The notes: generated by a model not told the origin, from the letters alone. A DNA stretch of 64,000 nucleotides from Tubulanus polymorphus (GCF_964204645.1 NC_134026.1:16588150-16652149), one strand, 5' to 3'; numbered from the stretch's first letter, positions 51,200-64,000 are shown. Numbers and translations are program-made.

Positions 51200-54100
51200 A
51201 TGTACTTCAATTAACACATGTAGAAAACGAATTGACAGAAGAAGTGAGATATTGTTTTGAAATATTTTTAAAGGTACAACAATAGAAGATTATAGTAATT
51301 ATATTGAAGTAATGGAAAAAATAATGGACCTTGTAAAAGATGTTGAATATCAAAAAATTTTTATCTCTCGAAAAGTAAGTTTTATGAAGTCAGAAAAGAA
51401 GAAAAAATGGAGTACAACATTCAAACACACTTAGAAGAAAATTTCAAAAATACAAATAAAAGAGAAGTTAGAAATAATGTTTAATGAATTTAAACGCCGT
51501 ATTGAAGAAAGATATTTTGAATGTTCTGGTTTAACATTGAATGAAATTATATTTTTAGATTTGAATATTTTTGACATAAAAAGAATAAAACATTAAAAAG
51601 TAATGACATTTTTTACAAATAATTCAAACTTTACAACAGAAAAGGATATTGAAGCATCATCTTCTAATAAACTATCATTTCCAACAAAAAAGATATGAAT
51701 TTTCAAAATGAAGATAATAAATGTTTTCTATGGTCAATTATAAGTTGTCTACATCCAACAGAAGAACATGTTTAAAAAATAACAGATTTTTTGGAAATAT
51801 GAATCATCATATTAAATTGGCCAATACCCAGTAACTATAAAAATGACTCCTAAAATAGAAAAAGTTTTTGATTTAAAAATAAATGTATTCGAATTAATGC
51901 AATTACCAGAGACAAAAGGTGAAAATATTTAAGATTATACATTAGAAGCTTTAACAAAACATTATGATGATGAAAATGTTATATATTTATTATACAAAAA
52001 AATGATGAAAATGAACATTATATGTGGTTAAAACAGATCGATTTATTCTTTAGAACAGAAAGTGATCTTCATCGTAAGATTTATCTATGTAGAAAATGTT
52101 TATCTAAATTTATGACAGAGATTGCATTATCAAAACATAAAGAGTTATGTGATGATAACGATTTTTGTAAATTAATAATGCCAACAGAAAAGATTATAAA
52201 TTAAAATTTGCTAATCATGAATTTAAGAATATTGTTCCATGTGTAATATATGGGGATTTTGAATCGTTGAATAAAGAATTAACTGACCAAGATAGAAAAG
52301 AAATATACAAGAAAAAGCAATTATTAAATCAATGGATAAAGGAAATGAACTAAATGAAGACATAATACAGACCCACCAATTATAAGTACAATTTGAAAAG
52401 TTCATCATAGAGCTGCTGCGTATGGAATTTATATAAAATCAAATTATCCTGATATCCTGAATTACATGAAAGTCAATATATTTCTTTTAGATGTGAATAT
52501 GTAGTAAATGATTTTTGTAATATAACAAAATAATCGTAACAAAAGAAGATCATGCAACCCATTGTTGTTATTGTGAAAAACGTTTTTATTCATTTCCTAA
52601 ATAAGTTAAAGATCGTGATCATTTTAATTCCAAATATCGTGGAGCTGCTCATGAAGATTGTTACTTACAAGCTTAGGAAGTTAATTTCGTACCAATTTCA
52701 TTTCATAATTTATTAGGGTATGATGCCCATTTATTTATGAAACAATTATCAGGAGAATTAGGTGTAATCAATGACGAAATAGAAGAATATAATGCTATAA
52801 ATGATGCAAGTGTAAGAAAATATGATTTTAAACTATTAGCTAAGACAAAAATTATATTTCATTTCAATTTGGGTACTTTCGATTTTTTGATTCTTATAGA
52901 TTTTAGCAAGTTCATTAGATAATTTAGCAAAAAGTTTAGTTGACAATAATTTCATAATAACGCGATATTATTATCCAGATGAACAAGACTTAAAATATTA
53001 AGAAATAAAGGTGCAATACCTTACTCATTTTATAAAACGCACGATGATTTTAAAGAAACAAAATTATTGAAAGAACAATCTTCTGATCAATTAAAAAATG
53101 AGTGCGTGACAGATGAAGTTTTCAATAAAACAGAGAAGTCAGAGAAGTTAATTTAAATCATTTTAATGATGACCCTTGTTATTGGTATTCAAGTCCTGGT
53201 TTAACCTGGCAATGTGGTTTAAAATATACAAATGTTGAATTAGATTTATTAAAAGAACTATTAATTCTAGAACTAGAAACTTAAAAGAACCAGACATGGT
53301 TTTATTATTTGAAAAATCTATTAGAGGTGGAATAAGTGGTGTTATGGGTGATAGGTATTTTATAGCAAATGATGAAAATAAATCATTATATATTGACGCC
53401 AATAATTTATGTGGTTGGGCAATGATGCAACCTCAACCAAATGAAAATGTTATATTAACAGAAGTTGAAAATGATGATAAAACTGATTGGGGAAGTGCAA
53501 TTATGAGTTTAAAAGATGGTTATTTCATACTAGTTGATTTAGAATATCCTGATAACATAAAGTTTTAATCAAAAAACTTACCTTATTGCCAGAACATTTA
53601 GCCGTAGATGATAGTTATTATCTAAGTGAATACCAGAAAAAAATAAAACCGAATGATCGTGTCTTATCTGAAAACTTAATACTAACACAAAATAATGAAT
53701 ATAATTATATTGCTCATTATAGAATGTTAAAATTTTACTTAACTCATAAAATTAAATTTCAAAAAGTACATAGATATATTGAATTTAATCAATCGAAATG
53801 CTTAGAAAAAATATATATAGGTTTCCATACTCAACAGTGAACCATATCCAAAACAGATTTTGAAAAAGACTTTGTTAAAAATGATGAATAATAGTTTTTA
53901 TGGAAAAACATGTGAAAATATTAGAAATAGAAATGATATTGAATTAGTATATAATTCTGAACGATTGAGACATTTACAATCAAGTCCTAGACATTTAGGA
54001 AATAAAAGATTTGAAGATTATTTAACAGCAGTAAAATTAAAAACAACGTCAATGAAATTTAATATACCTATATTCATTGGTTCAACTGTTTTAGAAATAA

Positions 54101-55679
54101 CAATATCATTAATGTATGATTTTTATTATACTGTTTTACAACCACTTTTTGGGGAAAAGCATATTGAAATATTATATTTTGATTTTTTAACAGCTGATAA
54201 CCCAATATTATTAAAATACAATAACCAAATATTATTTGGAAGAATTTCAGAAATAATTCCAAAACAAAATGAACTTTATATTTCATATGGTGAAAAAGAA
54301 TTAATACAAATAAATGGATTAATGGATGACAAGAAATGGATGGAAAAAATTAAAGAATATTATTAGGCATAAAACAAATAAGAAAATCTATAGAGTTAGA
54401 ACTAAATTAGGATTCGTTGATGTTACTGAAGATCATAGTTTAATTAAACAAAATGGTGATGAAATAAAACCAACTGATATAAAAATTGGAGAAGAATTAT
54501 TACATAAAGGATTTTACCCAAGAATGGATCATATGTCATTTGATGAAATAATTGATAATATTTATAATAGAGAACCTGAAACATTAGAAGAAAAAGAATA
54601 TTTTATCAAAGGATTTTTTATGGGTGATGGTTCAGCAGGTGTGTAAAAGTATGTTAATCACACTGAATATTGTTGGTGTTTAAGCAATCAAAATTTGAAA
54701 TTATTATAAAGAATAAAGAAATACTGTGAAGAAGTTTATCCATAAACATATAAATAAAACATTTAAAATCATAGATGTTATGAAATCATCAGCAGTTTAT
54801 AGAATACATGTTAATAATCTTAAATTTTGCAATTAAATATAATGATGAATTCTATATTCATGCAATAGTTAAAAGTAATATTTCAACTAAAGAAAAGATA
54901 ATACCAGATTATGTATTAAACCCAAAAGATAATTTAAGAAAATGGTTCTTCATTGGATTCTATGCTGCAGATGGCACTAAAAAATTTACAAAACAGAAAA
55001 CTATATCTTTGACATAAAAATGAAAAGTTGCTATATCAGGATTAAATATATTATGCAATTCATTGGGTTTTAATATGAATATTGGATTGATTAAATCTAA
55101 ACCAAATTGCTTTAATTTAAGGCACACAGAAAAAGATTTAACTGAAGAAGTTAGAGATTTATTTGAAATATCCAATCCAACAGTTTATGTTTATGATTTA
55201 CCAACTGAAGATGGAACATTCAATTCTGGGTTTCCATTGGTGACTTTCAATACTGACAGTTACATATTAAAGATAAAAACTAATAAGATAACGAAAGACT
55301 TAAAAACATTAAAACATCATTTTGACTTAAGCAATTATCCAAAAGATCATGAAGTATTTAGCAATGATAATAAAAAAATTCCTGGTAAATTTAAAGATGA
55401 ATTAGGGGGCGATGAAATGATTGAATTTGTTAGGATAAGAAGTAAAATGTATAGTTATAGAACAAAAGATCATGAAGCTAAAAAGTTAAAAGGAATAACA
55501 AAACATGAGGTTGATAAACACATAGAATTTCAATTGTAATGAAACATAAAATGAATTGTTTAAGATCAGAAGATCACGAGATGTACATTAATGAAGTTGA
55601 AAAAACTAGTTTAAATCCGTTCGATGATAAAAGATATATTTTGGGTGATGGAATAAAAACATTACCTTATGGCCATTAA
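51200..55679 (+). pseudogene. Protein-primed family B DNA polymerase, copy E, with intein
   Basis: NEDNKCFLWS, FHNLLGYDAHLF, SIRGGIS, YIDANNLCGWAM, KMMNNSFYGK, YFD|TDS, PGKFKDE, RSKMYSY, KLKGI, FDDKRY...LPYGH; many frameshifts. Confidence 0.93.
54184..55251 (+). mobile_element. Intein with LAGLIDADG homing endonuclease inserted in PolB motif C
   Basis: Flanked by YFD and TDS; block A (F)LTADNPILL, block B VDVTEDHSL, LAGLIDADG FIKGFFMGDG and FFIGFYAADG, blocks F/G VYDLPTEDGTF...VTFN followed by +1 Thr. Confidence 0.9.
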
Positions 55680-55724
55680 AAAAAATCAATATCATCATAC
55701 TCGAAATCACTATTGGCTCCTTCA

Positions 55725-56985
55725 TTTTAATTTAATTGTTTAGGTTCCTTCATTTTATTTTCCTCATCTAAATAAAGTTCTATATTATTCCACATTTCAT
55801 CTAGCTTTCTTTGTTTCTTTTTGTTCGTTAATTCATCAAATGGAATTATAATATCGATGTTTAAAAAATGTACAATCTTATTTAAACAGAATTCATAAAT
55901 TGATTGAATCTGTCATTTTATTATCCACATAATATTTTAATATGTTTGTGAATGTTTCTTTAATATTTTCCATATCTTCTTTTGTTAATTTAGGTTTTTT
56001 ATAATGATCGTAAAATAATAAATGTAAATACATTTTCTTTTTTTTAATGTTACATGTTGATGCAATAATTGTTTTTATTATATCTTTCTTAGTTATTTCA
56101 CCATTTTTATTTTCTATCATTTTCATTTTTTCAAGCCATTGCTTATATTCTGGTGTATGATCTTCCATAGAAAATATCTTAAAAATTTCATCTAGATATT
56201 TTAATTTTGGTTCTATAAGAATATCTCTAGTTTTTTCATCACCCCATAAATTTTTTTGCCATCCACATTCATTACAAAATATCACAGAATCTTTTTGTCT
56301 TAAGTACACATAAATACATTGTGGGCATTTTTTTCTATCACATCTTGGCAATAGATCTTCATTAAGTTCTTGGTATTTTCTTACATTTTCTTTACGTTTT
56401 ATTGTTCTATTATGTAGATTTGAATTACTTGTTGTAATAATCATTTTACAATATTTGCAATAATATGTTATTCTTACTAATTCATTGTATTGTTTTTCCA
56501 ACTTTTCAAGTGTTTCTGCAATATCTGGTAACGTTTTCTCATATGTAATGTTTTCTAATATATTATTTTTTCTTTCATTGAATTCTGCTTCAAATTTATT
56601 AGAAATTTTATCTATATGTGCTTTACGAAATTGATGATTCTCCCAATCTTCTATATTTTCAGGGCTATATTTTATTCGAATATGCTCACAGAAATGATCT
56701 TTTATATTACTCTTATCATAAAATGTAGAAAGGTCTTTTCCAAATAAGTTCAGGTTCAGTTTCAACAGAATTATTATTACTTTCGTTACTATCAACATTA
56801 ACCGTTGATTCATTAATTTTAGTTCTCTGAATGTTTTTTAACATAATTTCTTGAGAATAATTTATTACAATTTGGGCAATTTATGTTAGGGGTTTATAAT
56901 TTTTATCATGTTTTTTCATATGTCGAGCCATATTACTTTTTCTTTGAAGTTCACCACAAATTTTACATTCTATCTTCACATCCAT
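55725..56985 (-). pseudogene. C2H2 zinc-finger protein with VLTF3 (poxvirus A2)-like C-terminal domain
   Basis: ECKICG...RHMKKH; CPQC...FCNECG ribbon; KPKLT...IKETF; after a frameshift, INYEFCLNKIV...LDEMWNNI. Confidence 0.62.
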
Positions 56986-57059
56986 TTATTTAGGAAAAAT
57001 TTAAATTAAATTAAAATTAATTTTTAATGGTTCAAGGTAATTTTTTTGTTTTATTAGTA

Positions 57060-57805
57060 ATGGTTGAATAAAAAGAATATAGAATATTTGTTGATTCTAG
57101 AAAACTTACAAATTATAAATCACATAATTAACTAGTACAATAAGATAGGGAATTTAAAAATTGTGTAGATTTAAAATTAGTAAATATAAGTTTATGTAAT
57201 TCTTTTTATGATATATCGGATAAAAGTTTTGATCATAGATCCTTTTTAGTTTTTATTAAAAGTAAACGTAAATGGGTTCATCTTATGCTAACACCAGGAT
57301 CATATGATTTAGAAACATTAGCGCAAGAAATTAATAAAAAAGCTCAGTTTAAAATGGGTAGTGATGCTGGATTTAATATTAGATTTTCTTTAAGTGAAAG
57401 TTCTGATAAAATTAAAATAAAGTTTGATAATGAAAATAAATATGCTTTTGGGGTAAAAAAAAACCTATAGCTAAACTGTTAGATAATCCTCCAGATGATA
57501 TTATTTTAGGAAACTATGTAAAAGGTAAATCAAACTTAATGCCTTTTACACGCTTTTATATTTATTGCAATTCAATTGACCCTGTAAAAACTTTCGAAGC
57601 AACTAAAGATACAATTTGTAATTCTAGTATATTAAATATTTTACCATTAAAAAATTTTAAACAATTTGGAACGCAAATGAATTATAATTTAGCAGAATGT
57701 GATTTCAAACCTTGTACTCCAAAATTTAATAATTTTAGATTAGAAATTATAAATCATAATGGTTATTAATTGATTTAAATAACTTTCCTGTGATATATGA
57801 ATAAG
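57060..57805 (+). pseudogene. Putative minor capsid (penton) protein
   Basis: IFVDS, ISLCNSFYDI, LTPGSYDLETL, FYIYCNSI, SILNILP, RLEII...IDLNNFP pattern typical of Polinton/virophage single jelly-roll proteins. Confidence 0.6.
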
Positions 57806-57901
57806 TTATAAGATGTAGAGAGTAATTTTTTCACTATATAAATAAATATAACAGTAGGACCGAGTATATGTTTTGGATTTGATTTTAAACGTGAGAAAGA
57901 A

Positions 57902-58201
57902 ATGAAATTTGATATTAATGATGTAATTACACATATCAAAAATATTGCATTTTCTAATGAAACAACATTTGAATATGAAACAACAATAAATAAAGAAACT
58001 TTTAATGTAGAAAAGATTACTGATTTAATTAGAGAGTCTTTAAGATTTTATGAATTAGATGAAGATTTTATTATTAATGATATTAAAAAGATAATAATAA
58101 CTGAAATATATGAAAATGAAACTAATAATATTATAAATGTTGAAATAATTATAACTAAGATAACTAAATATTTTGAAGATAGCAATTTCTTTTCTAAATA
58201 A
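57902..58201 (+). CDS. Polinton hypothetical protein (99 aa)
   Basis: Open ORF within the viral gene array; its stop overlaps the next TAAATG. Confidence 0.45.
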   Translation: MKFDINDVITHIKNIAFSNETTFEYETTINKETFNVEKITDLIRESLRFYELDEDFIINDIKKIIITEIYENETNNIINVEIIITKITKYFEDSNFFSK

Positions 58202-58428
58202 ATGGCGGATCAGAAGTGGATAATAACTGGTTTATATAATGGAGCATTATTATCAGTGGGAACTGTTGGTTATACAATGGTATTAAAAAAAGTAAAATAG
58301 GAAGTATTAATGTTGATAAATTTGATATCAATGATATTTTGAAATCAACATTAGCAGTAACTTTATCTAATTTAACAATTGATTATTTGGAAAAACAAAA
58401 ATATATTCCTCCTAAAATAAATGGGTAA
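58202..58428 (+). pseudogene. Small hydrophobic Polinton protein
   Basis: MADQKWIITGLYNGALLSVGTVGYTMVLKK...DYLEKQKYIP; one frameshift. Confidence 0.55.
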
Positions 58429-58444
58429 TTTTTTTACTAAATAA

Positions 58445-58864
58445 ATGGCATCTGCAATTATAACTATTATAGGATCAGCAATTGTTAACGCTTTAGCATT
58501 TACTGGTGGTGGGTATTTATTTAAGCATATTGATAAAAATAGTTCATAAGCAGAACAAAGAAGACATAACTTAGCATTAGAGAAATACAATAAAGCTGCA
58601 GAAGAATACAGAGAAAAGAGACAAAATTACATAGATTACATTAATAAAGAATTATATAATCAGAAAATTACACAGAGATTTTCAATCAGTCGATGAAGCT
58701 ATGAGTTTATATAACGCAGTAACCAATAAAGAAAAATTACATCTATATAAACCTAAATTATCAGATTATTATACACCAAGTAGTGAACAACAAAAATATG
58801 AAATAATTTGGATTTTAGGTGGAACAGTTATTGTATTATTTGTTGCTTATAAATTTACTAATTA
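58445..58864 (+). pseudogene. Small Polinton membrane/coiled-coil protein
   Basis: MASAIITIIGSAIVNALAFTGGGYLF...EQRRHNLALEKY...; C-terminal TM IWILGGTVIVLFVAY. Confidence 0.6.
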
Positions 58865-58884
58865 GTAATTTCTTTTCTAAATAA

Positions 58885-60886
58885 ATGGATGATTAAGTTG
58901 ATGATATTGATATTATTCCTCATGATATAAATAAAACTAAATTAAAATTATATATGGAAAAACAAATATTATAATTTAAAAATGATTTTGAAAAAAAATT
59001 AGATCGAAGACACTTTTGTACCAGTTATGAAAACAGATGCGTTTTCAGACGTCGCCTGAAAATCGCTAAGCTGCCAGATGCTCTAATAGAAATAGGGAGC
59101 TTATTCCACATACGTGGAGCAGCACATGAAAAAGAGCGATCTCCAAACGTCGTCAGCCTGCTTCTAGGTTGGGACAAAAGGGGTTCTCCAGAAGATCTTA
59201 ATGAACGACTTGGTATATAAAGTTGAACTAGTTGTTCTAGGTAGGTTGGAGCTAGGCCATGAACACACTTGTATGTTAAAACGAGAAACATAAATTGGAT
59301 TCTTTTCTCAACTGGAAGCCAATGAAGGCTTTTCAAAACTGGGGAAATATGGTCACCTCTTGGAGTGCCAGTCACAAGGTGGGCAGCATTATTTTGAACT
59401 CTTTGTAAAAGGGGAAGTGTGGTTTGCGGAATACCAATGAGTAGAGCATTGAGCCCATCCATCCTAGAATTAACTAATGCATTTATAAGAGTAAGTGCAG
59501 CATCAGTTGTAATGTACCTCCGGATGAGCCCAATGTTCATCAAATGAAAGTAGCAAGATTTACAAATATTTCTGATGTGATTATCCATGGACATGTGTTC
59601 ATCAAAATAACCACCCAGATTTCTTGCGACACTACTCCTTTGAATCATGTGATTACCAACATTTACAGCTGTTGGCAGGGCAGAAAAGTTCTGTTGACGA
59701 GAATGGATGATCAGAAATTCAGTCTTGTCATGATTAAGTTTTAAGAATTTCTAGCCATCCACTCTCGAACCTATGCAATACAAGTCTCAAGTTTAGAGAT
59801 TGCATCTACACTATCAGCAGGATGGAAACAAATGTAGAGCTGGCTGTCATCAGCAAAAAAGTGGTAACAGATACCATGTTTACGAATTATTTCGCCTAGT
59901 GGGCTCATGTAGATCGAAAACAGCAAAAGGCCTAAGACAAAACCCTGCGGTACACCAGTACCAAGCCTACAAGGGGAAGACATGTGACCATCAACACAAA
60001 CGCATTGAGTTCTATTGTCCAAGTAGGACCTAAACCAATTAAGTGCGCTACCTTCTAACCCAAGACAGTCTTTTAGTCGATTAAGAAGAACTTCATGATT
60101 GACAGTATCAAATGCTGCTGATAAATCGAGCAGCACCAATCCAACTACCTGCTTCTTGTCAACGGCACACAGAATTTCGTTTTGCACCCTGACTAAGGCG
60201 GTTTCGCTGCTATGCCCAGCTCTGTAGGCTGATTGTAGGCACTCATAGAGGCCGTTATCTGACATATGATGGCGAAGTCCATTCGCAACTACCTTCTCTA
60301 AAATCTTGGATAAGAAACCAAGGTTAGACACAGGCCGATAATTATCTCAAAACATGGCGGTCCAACGTCGGTTTCTTAAGAAGCGGGGTAACAGTTGCCT
60401 GTTTGAATTCTGTGGGAACAGTATCACTTGAAAGGAATCATTGACAATGTTACAGACTACTGGAGCTATACATGGTAGAACACTAAAATTCTTAAGTAAA
60501 TGAGTCGGTATGGGGTCTAAAATACAAGTTTTAGATGGCGAACACATAATTAACCTTTGTATTTCACTAACAGATGCTAGATATTTAAAAAGTAAAATCC
60601 TATATTATTTTATTATTAGTAGTTCAGTTACAATTAGTTCTGTAATAACATTTCTAGCATTATTCTCACCATTAACACCTTTAGCTATCTCAATTGGAGC
60701 TTTAGGTTTAAGTTCAAGTGTATTAACCGGCATAAGTTCAAAATTAGATATAAAAAGTAATAAAGAAAAAATAAAATCTAATATAAAAGAAATTAATGAA
60801 TTAAAAGATACATGAAATAATAAGTTTGAATGGTAATATAACATTGAAGAACGAGTTAAATTATCAAAAGAATTAATAGATTATTA
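58885..60886 (+). pseudogene. Polinton membrane protein split by a LINE insertion
   Basis: TAAATG start at 58885; resumes near 60575 with hydrophobic LYYFIISSSVTISSVITFLALFSPLTPLAISIGALGL. Confidence 0.5.
59002..60574 (-). mobile_element. 5'-truncated LINE (L2/CR1-group) reverse transcriptase
   Basis: KTCILDPIPT, RPVSNLGFLSKILEK, QSAYR, LLDLSAAFDTV, GVPQG, FADD, LHWLPVEKRI, FRRRLKTHLF. Confidence 0.93.
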
Positions 60887-60902
60887 ATTTTTTATCATAT
60901 AA

Positions 60903-62270
60903 ATGGTAGTTTTCCAAAAGCTTTTCAATGCAATAAATCAAATAAATATAATATTCCTGCAATAGATTTTAATACGGATATTTCATATGAGAATTGAAGT
61001 TTTAAATTCATTAATTAATTTAGATATTATATGTTACTGAAACTAATAATTTTAATGCAAAGATGGAAAATAAATTTCATAATTTAAAAAAAATGAAAGA
61101 TGAAAAACAATGGTTATTAAAATCTAATATGAAGTATTTGCAGAACCAATTAAATTTTGCAGTTTATTGTGCAACAACAGGTTGTGGAATTAGTTGGAAT
61201 GATCATTTGAATAATTCTAAATACAAATTAATTCAAAGTTTATTTAGATTTCATACATACTTTCAATTAAGATTAATATTAAATGAATTAGAGACCCCTT
61301 TACCAGGATCTAGATATTTTAAAGAATTAGATAATAATATTAATTCATCAAAGCTTTATAAAATTTGTAATGAATTTAATATAGATATAAATCATTCTGA
61401 TTTTAGAACAAAACTTGGAACAATTAGATCACTTCCTTGTCCTGAAAATATTTTACAATATTGCACACTTCCCATACCATCTAATAGTTTTTATAATATT
61501 TATAATAATTAATTAGGTTATGGTTTAATAGAAACTAAGGATTTAGAACCATTACATTTTAATAAATTACCGAAACTTTATGATAATTTAAAACAAGAAA
61601 ACAATAATGGTTGGGTTTATTTTATTTTAGAAAATAGTGAAGGTTTTACTAAAGCTGGTATACAAAGAATAAATCAATCAATTAGTACTTATTTGATATG
61701 TATTATAGGTGCGCAAGTTGAAACAAGATCCCCAATAATTGGAAATTTAAATACATCATTTGAAACACAAAAACAATTTAAGGTTTTATTTGAAGATTCT
61801 ATTCATAATGATAAAAATAGATCGATTCCAGAAAACATTGTGAGATATCAAAATTATTTAGTTAAATCACATGTAAGATTAAATTATTGTATAGGCCCTA
61901 ATTTGTTAATTATTTCAAATGATTTAATATTAAAAATGGGAAATATAATTGGTTATAATTATCTAATTAAAACTGCAACAATAAATAATAAGTTTGGATT
62001 AAATGATATAAATAAAAACATTATTACTGCTCCAAAACTAATGAAAGGTGAAAAAATTATTAACATATTCAATCAACAGAAACTAAAACTAAAAATATTA
62101 AATTGGATAATGATTTTAAAAGAAAAGATTACGATACTACAGAAAATATAAAAACTGATAATATTCAACATGAAATAATTAAAAGTAATAATGATAATAA
62201 ATCACATGAAAATACTAAATTAGCTATTACTCGTATAGGAATTGTAATGGGAGGAATATTTTATTTTTAA
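60903..62270 (+). pseudogene. Polinton protein X, copy E
   Basis: QLNFAVYCATTGCGIS, FRFHTYFQ, GAQVETRSPI; homolog of 2560-3530. Confidence 0.8.
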
Positions 62271-62292
62271 TCTTAATTTTTTTATTATATAA

Positions 62293-63636
62293 ATACATGT
62301 AGAAGGTGAAGATATTGGAATGGATACTTTTGATGAACCCGGCATAACTGAAGAACAACCGCCTGATTTTAATGAAACAAGTTTTAATGACGGTAATGAG
62401 CCAGAATATAATAATAATTTAGCAGATAGTGGTTTTAATGATAATATAATATCAACAGGCGATTTTGATAGAAGAGCCTTAAACCTATATTTGAAAAATC
62501 TGGATATAATATAAATGATAGAGGTGCCAGATATTTAGTAAAAGAATTAAGATCTTTAAATGGTGAATATTACTATCATTTGAAAGATGATTATTATATT
62601 AATATCACTTATAAAAATCGAAACTAAAATATTAGCAGAATCAACTTTGAGTAATTTAGAATCATCTAGAATTAAAAGAATAAGTAATGGTAATGAAATA
62701 GAAAATGTGACCGACACTGAAATAAATCAAAATAAAAGAGTATTTAAACAAAGAATTAATGAATTATTTGAAATAATCAATAATAATTTAGAACCAGAAA
62801 CAACTTCTGAACATAATATAACTTCCAAAACTAGTAAACTTAAATCAAATAAAGTTCCAATTGAAAAACTTTTACCGAATGGATTACTTGACGCAACAGA
62901 TCAAGAATTAGAAGAATTAGATATATTTTCTGATAAAGCAATTAGAGAAATTATTAGTATAAGACTTGCATCTGATAAAATTAGACCTTTAGAAAAAGAA
63001 AGAACTGATCAAATTAAAGAAATAGAACAATTAAAATTAGATAGAGATAATAAAGTTATTGAAGAAATCGAATTTAAAAAAAGAAATGCATATTTAGAAA
63101 AAGAAAAAGATGATTTAGAATATAACATAGAATTACAGGAAGAAGAAAGTGAATTATTTAAAAAATCATATGATTATAATATTAATAGATTAAAAGCTAT
63201 TTTTAAAGATTTGTTGATAAAACCAAATTCTGAAATATCATTAAAAGATAGAATAAAATTATTATTTAAACTAGAAGGTATAACAATTCTTTCAATTCTA
63301 ACAGCTGTAACTATGTTATTTACAACAATTGGTTTAGCTATTTCAAATTCATTAAAATCTACGCCTACACCCAATAAACCGGATAAACCTCCAAGTCATA
63401 ATAATTCTATACAAGATAAAGTTGAAGATGGTTTAAAAAAATTAGCAAAATATCTATGGGAACTATCTAAAAAATCTGCTGCAGCTTTACCCGGAGTTAT
63501 AGCATCAATTGTTGGTTTTGTATTAAAATCTGCGGGAAATATTCTTAGTTTTGCTGCTGAACATATTATCTTATTTTTAATTACAATTGTTAGTGCTATT
63601 ATTTTTGGGTCAGTGAATATGATAAAAAATAAATAA
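62293..63636 (+). pseudogene. Polinton protein Y, copy E
   Basis: Acidic N-terminus, coiled coil, EGITILSILTAVTM and C-terminal TM. Confidence 0.8.
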
Positions 63637-63656
63637 TTAATTTTTTTGTTAAATAA

Positions 63657-64000
63657 ATGAGTGGGAGTTATATAAATCCTTCTAAGAATTCTAGAATATC
63701 TAATGCTATTAAAGCAGAGAGATCTCATCATATAATTACTCATAATCCTTCTAATATTAATGCTGATGAAACTTTATATGTTAGAATCCCGAGATTAAAT
63801 CAAAATACTTTTTACGTTCCAAATAGTATTTATTTGTCAGCTGATATAAATGTAACTGGTAATAATAATAATTATGTTGTAGATAATGTTGGGAGATATT
63901 TGATTAAAAAATTAACTATTAAGATTGGACCAGAAACAGTTTTCTCATTACATGTTTATAATTTATTTATGCATTTATGGTTAACAAAAGAAATTAGAAA
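63657..64000 (+). pseudogene. Major capsid protein N-terminus, copy E (partial)
   Basis: MSGSYINPSKNSRISNAIKAERSHH... as at 5046. Confidence 0.85.

Larger units (their letters stand above)
51200..64000 (+). mobile_element. Polinton-like copy E (PolB with intein, VLTF3-like, minor capsid, membrane ORFs, X, Y, MCP); runs off the window end
   Basis: Continuous AT-rich viral gene array interrupted only by a LINE. Confidence 0.9.

Noticed and set aside
54184-55251. Hedgehog-type Hint domain or group I intron as alternative to an intein
   Set aside because: The insertion is protein-coding in register with PolB at both ends, contains two LAGLIDADG motifs and ends in Asn before Thr, which fits a canonical intein.
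60510-60815. Intact 101-aa ORF
   Set aside because: Chimeric: the first ~21 codons are antisense LINE sequence and the rest is the interrupted viral gene.

Overview
This is a eukaryotic (animal, probably invertebrate) genomic window dominated by mobile DNA. It holds at least five degenerate copies or fragments of one AT-rich Polinton/Maverick-like (adintovirus-type) endogenous virus family: A ~2560-10794, B ~20030-27880, C ~30707-33217 (minus strand), D ~35410-36490 plus 42730-43810, and E ~51200-64000. Together they encode protein-primed PolB, a retroviral-type integrase with chromodomain, an A32-like packaging ATPase, major and minor capsid proteins and several membrane proteins. The element carries an unusual giant-virus/poxvirus-like toolkit. 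It has a ~355-codon LAGLIDADG intein inside the PolB catalytic YxD|TDS motif, a VLTF3-like late transcription factor and an NCLDV-type HNH nuclease. It also has a T-tract + TAAATG motif, identical to the poxvirus late initiator, overlapping most gene starts. This suggests a virophage-like element linked to a large cytoplasmic DNA virus (inference). Copies B and C lie in an intron of a minus-strand host gene with clean splice sites (signal peptide-VWA-Cys linker-EGF-VWA-Cys linker). Other nested elements are a PIF/Harbinger transposon and its MITE, Penelope fragments with hammerhead ribozymes, a Helentron-type HINE, a 9-bp-TSD long-TIR element, an env-bearing Ty3/Gypsy, a DIRS/Ngaro tyrosine-recombinase remnant and an L2/CR1-type LINE. 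There is also an apparently exact 5609-bp tandem duplication (39956-51173). Protein family calls are by eye from motifs; no database searches were run.
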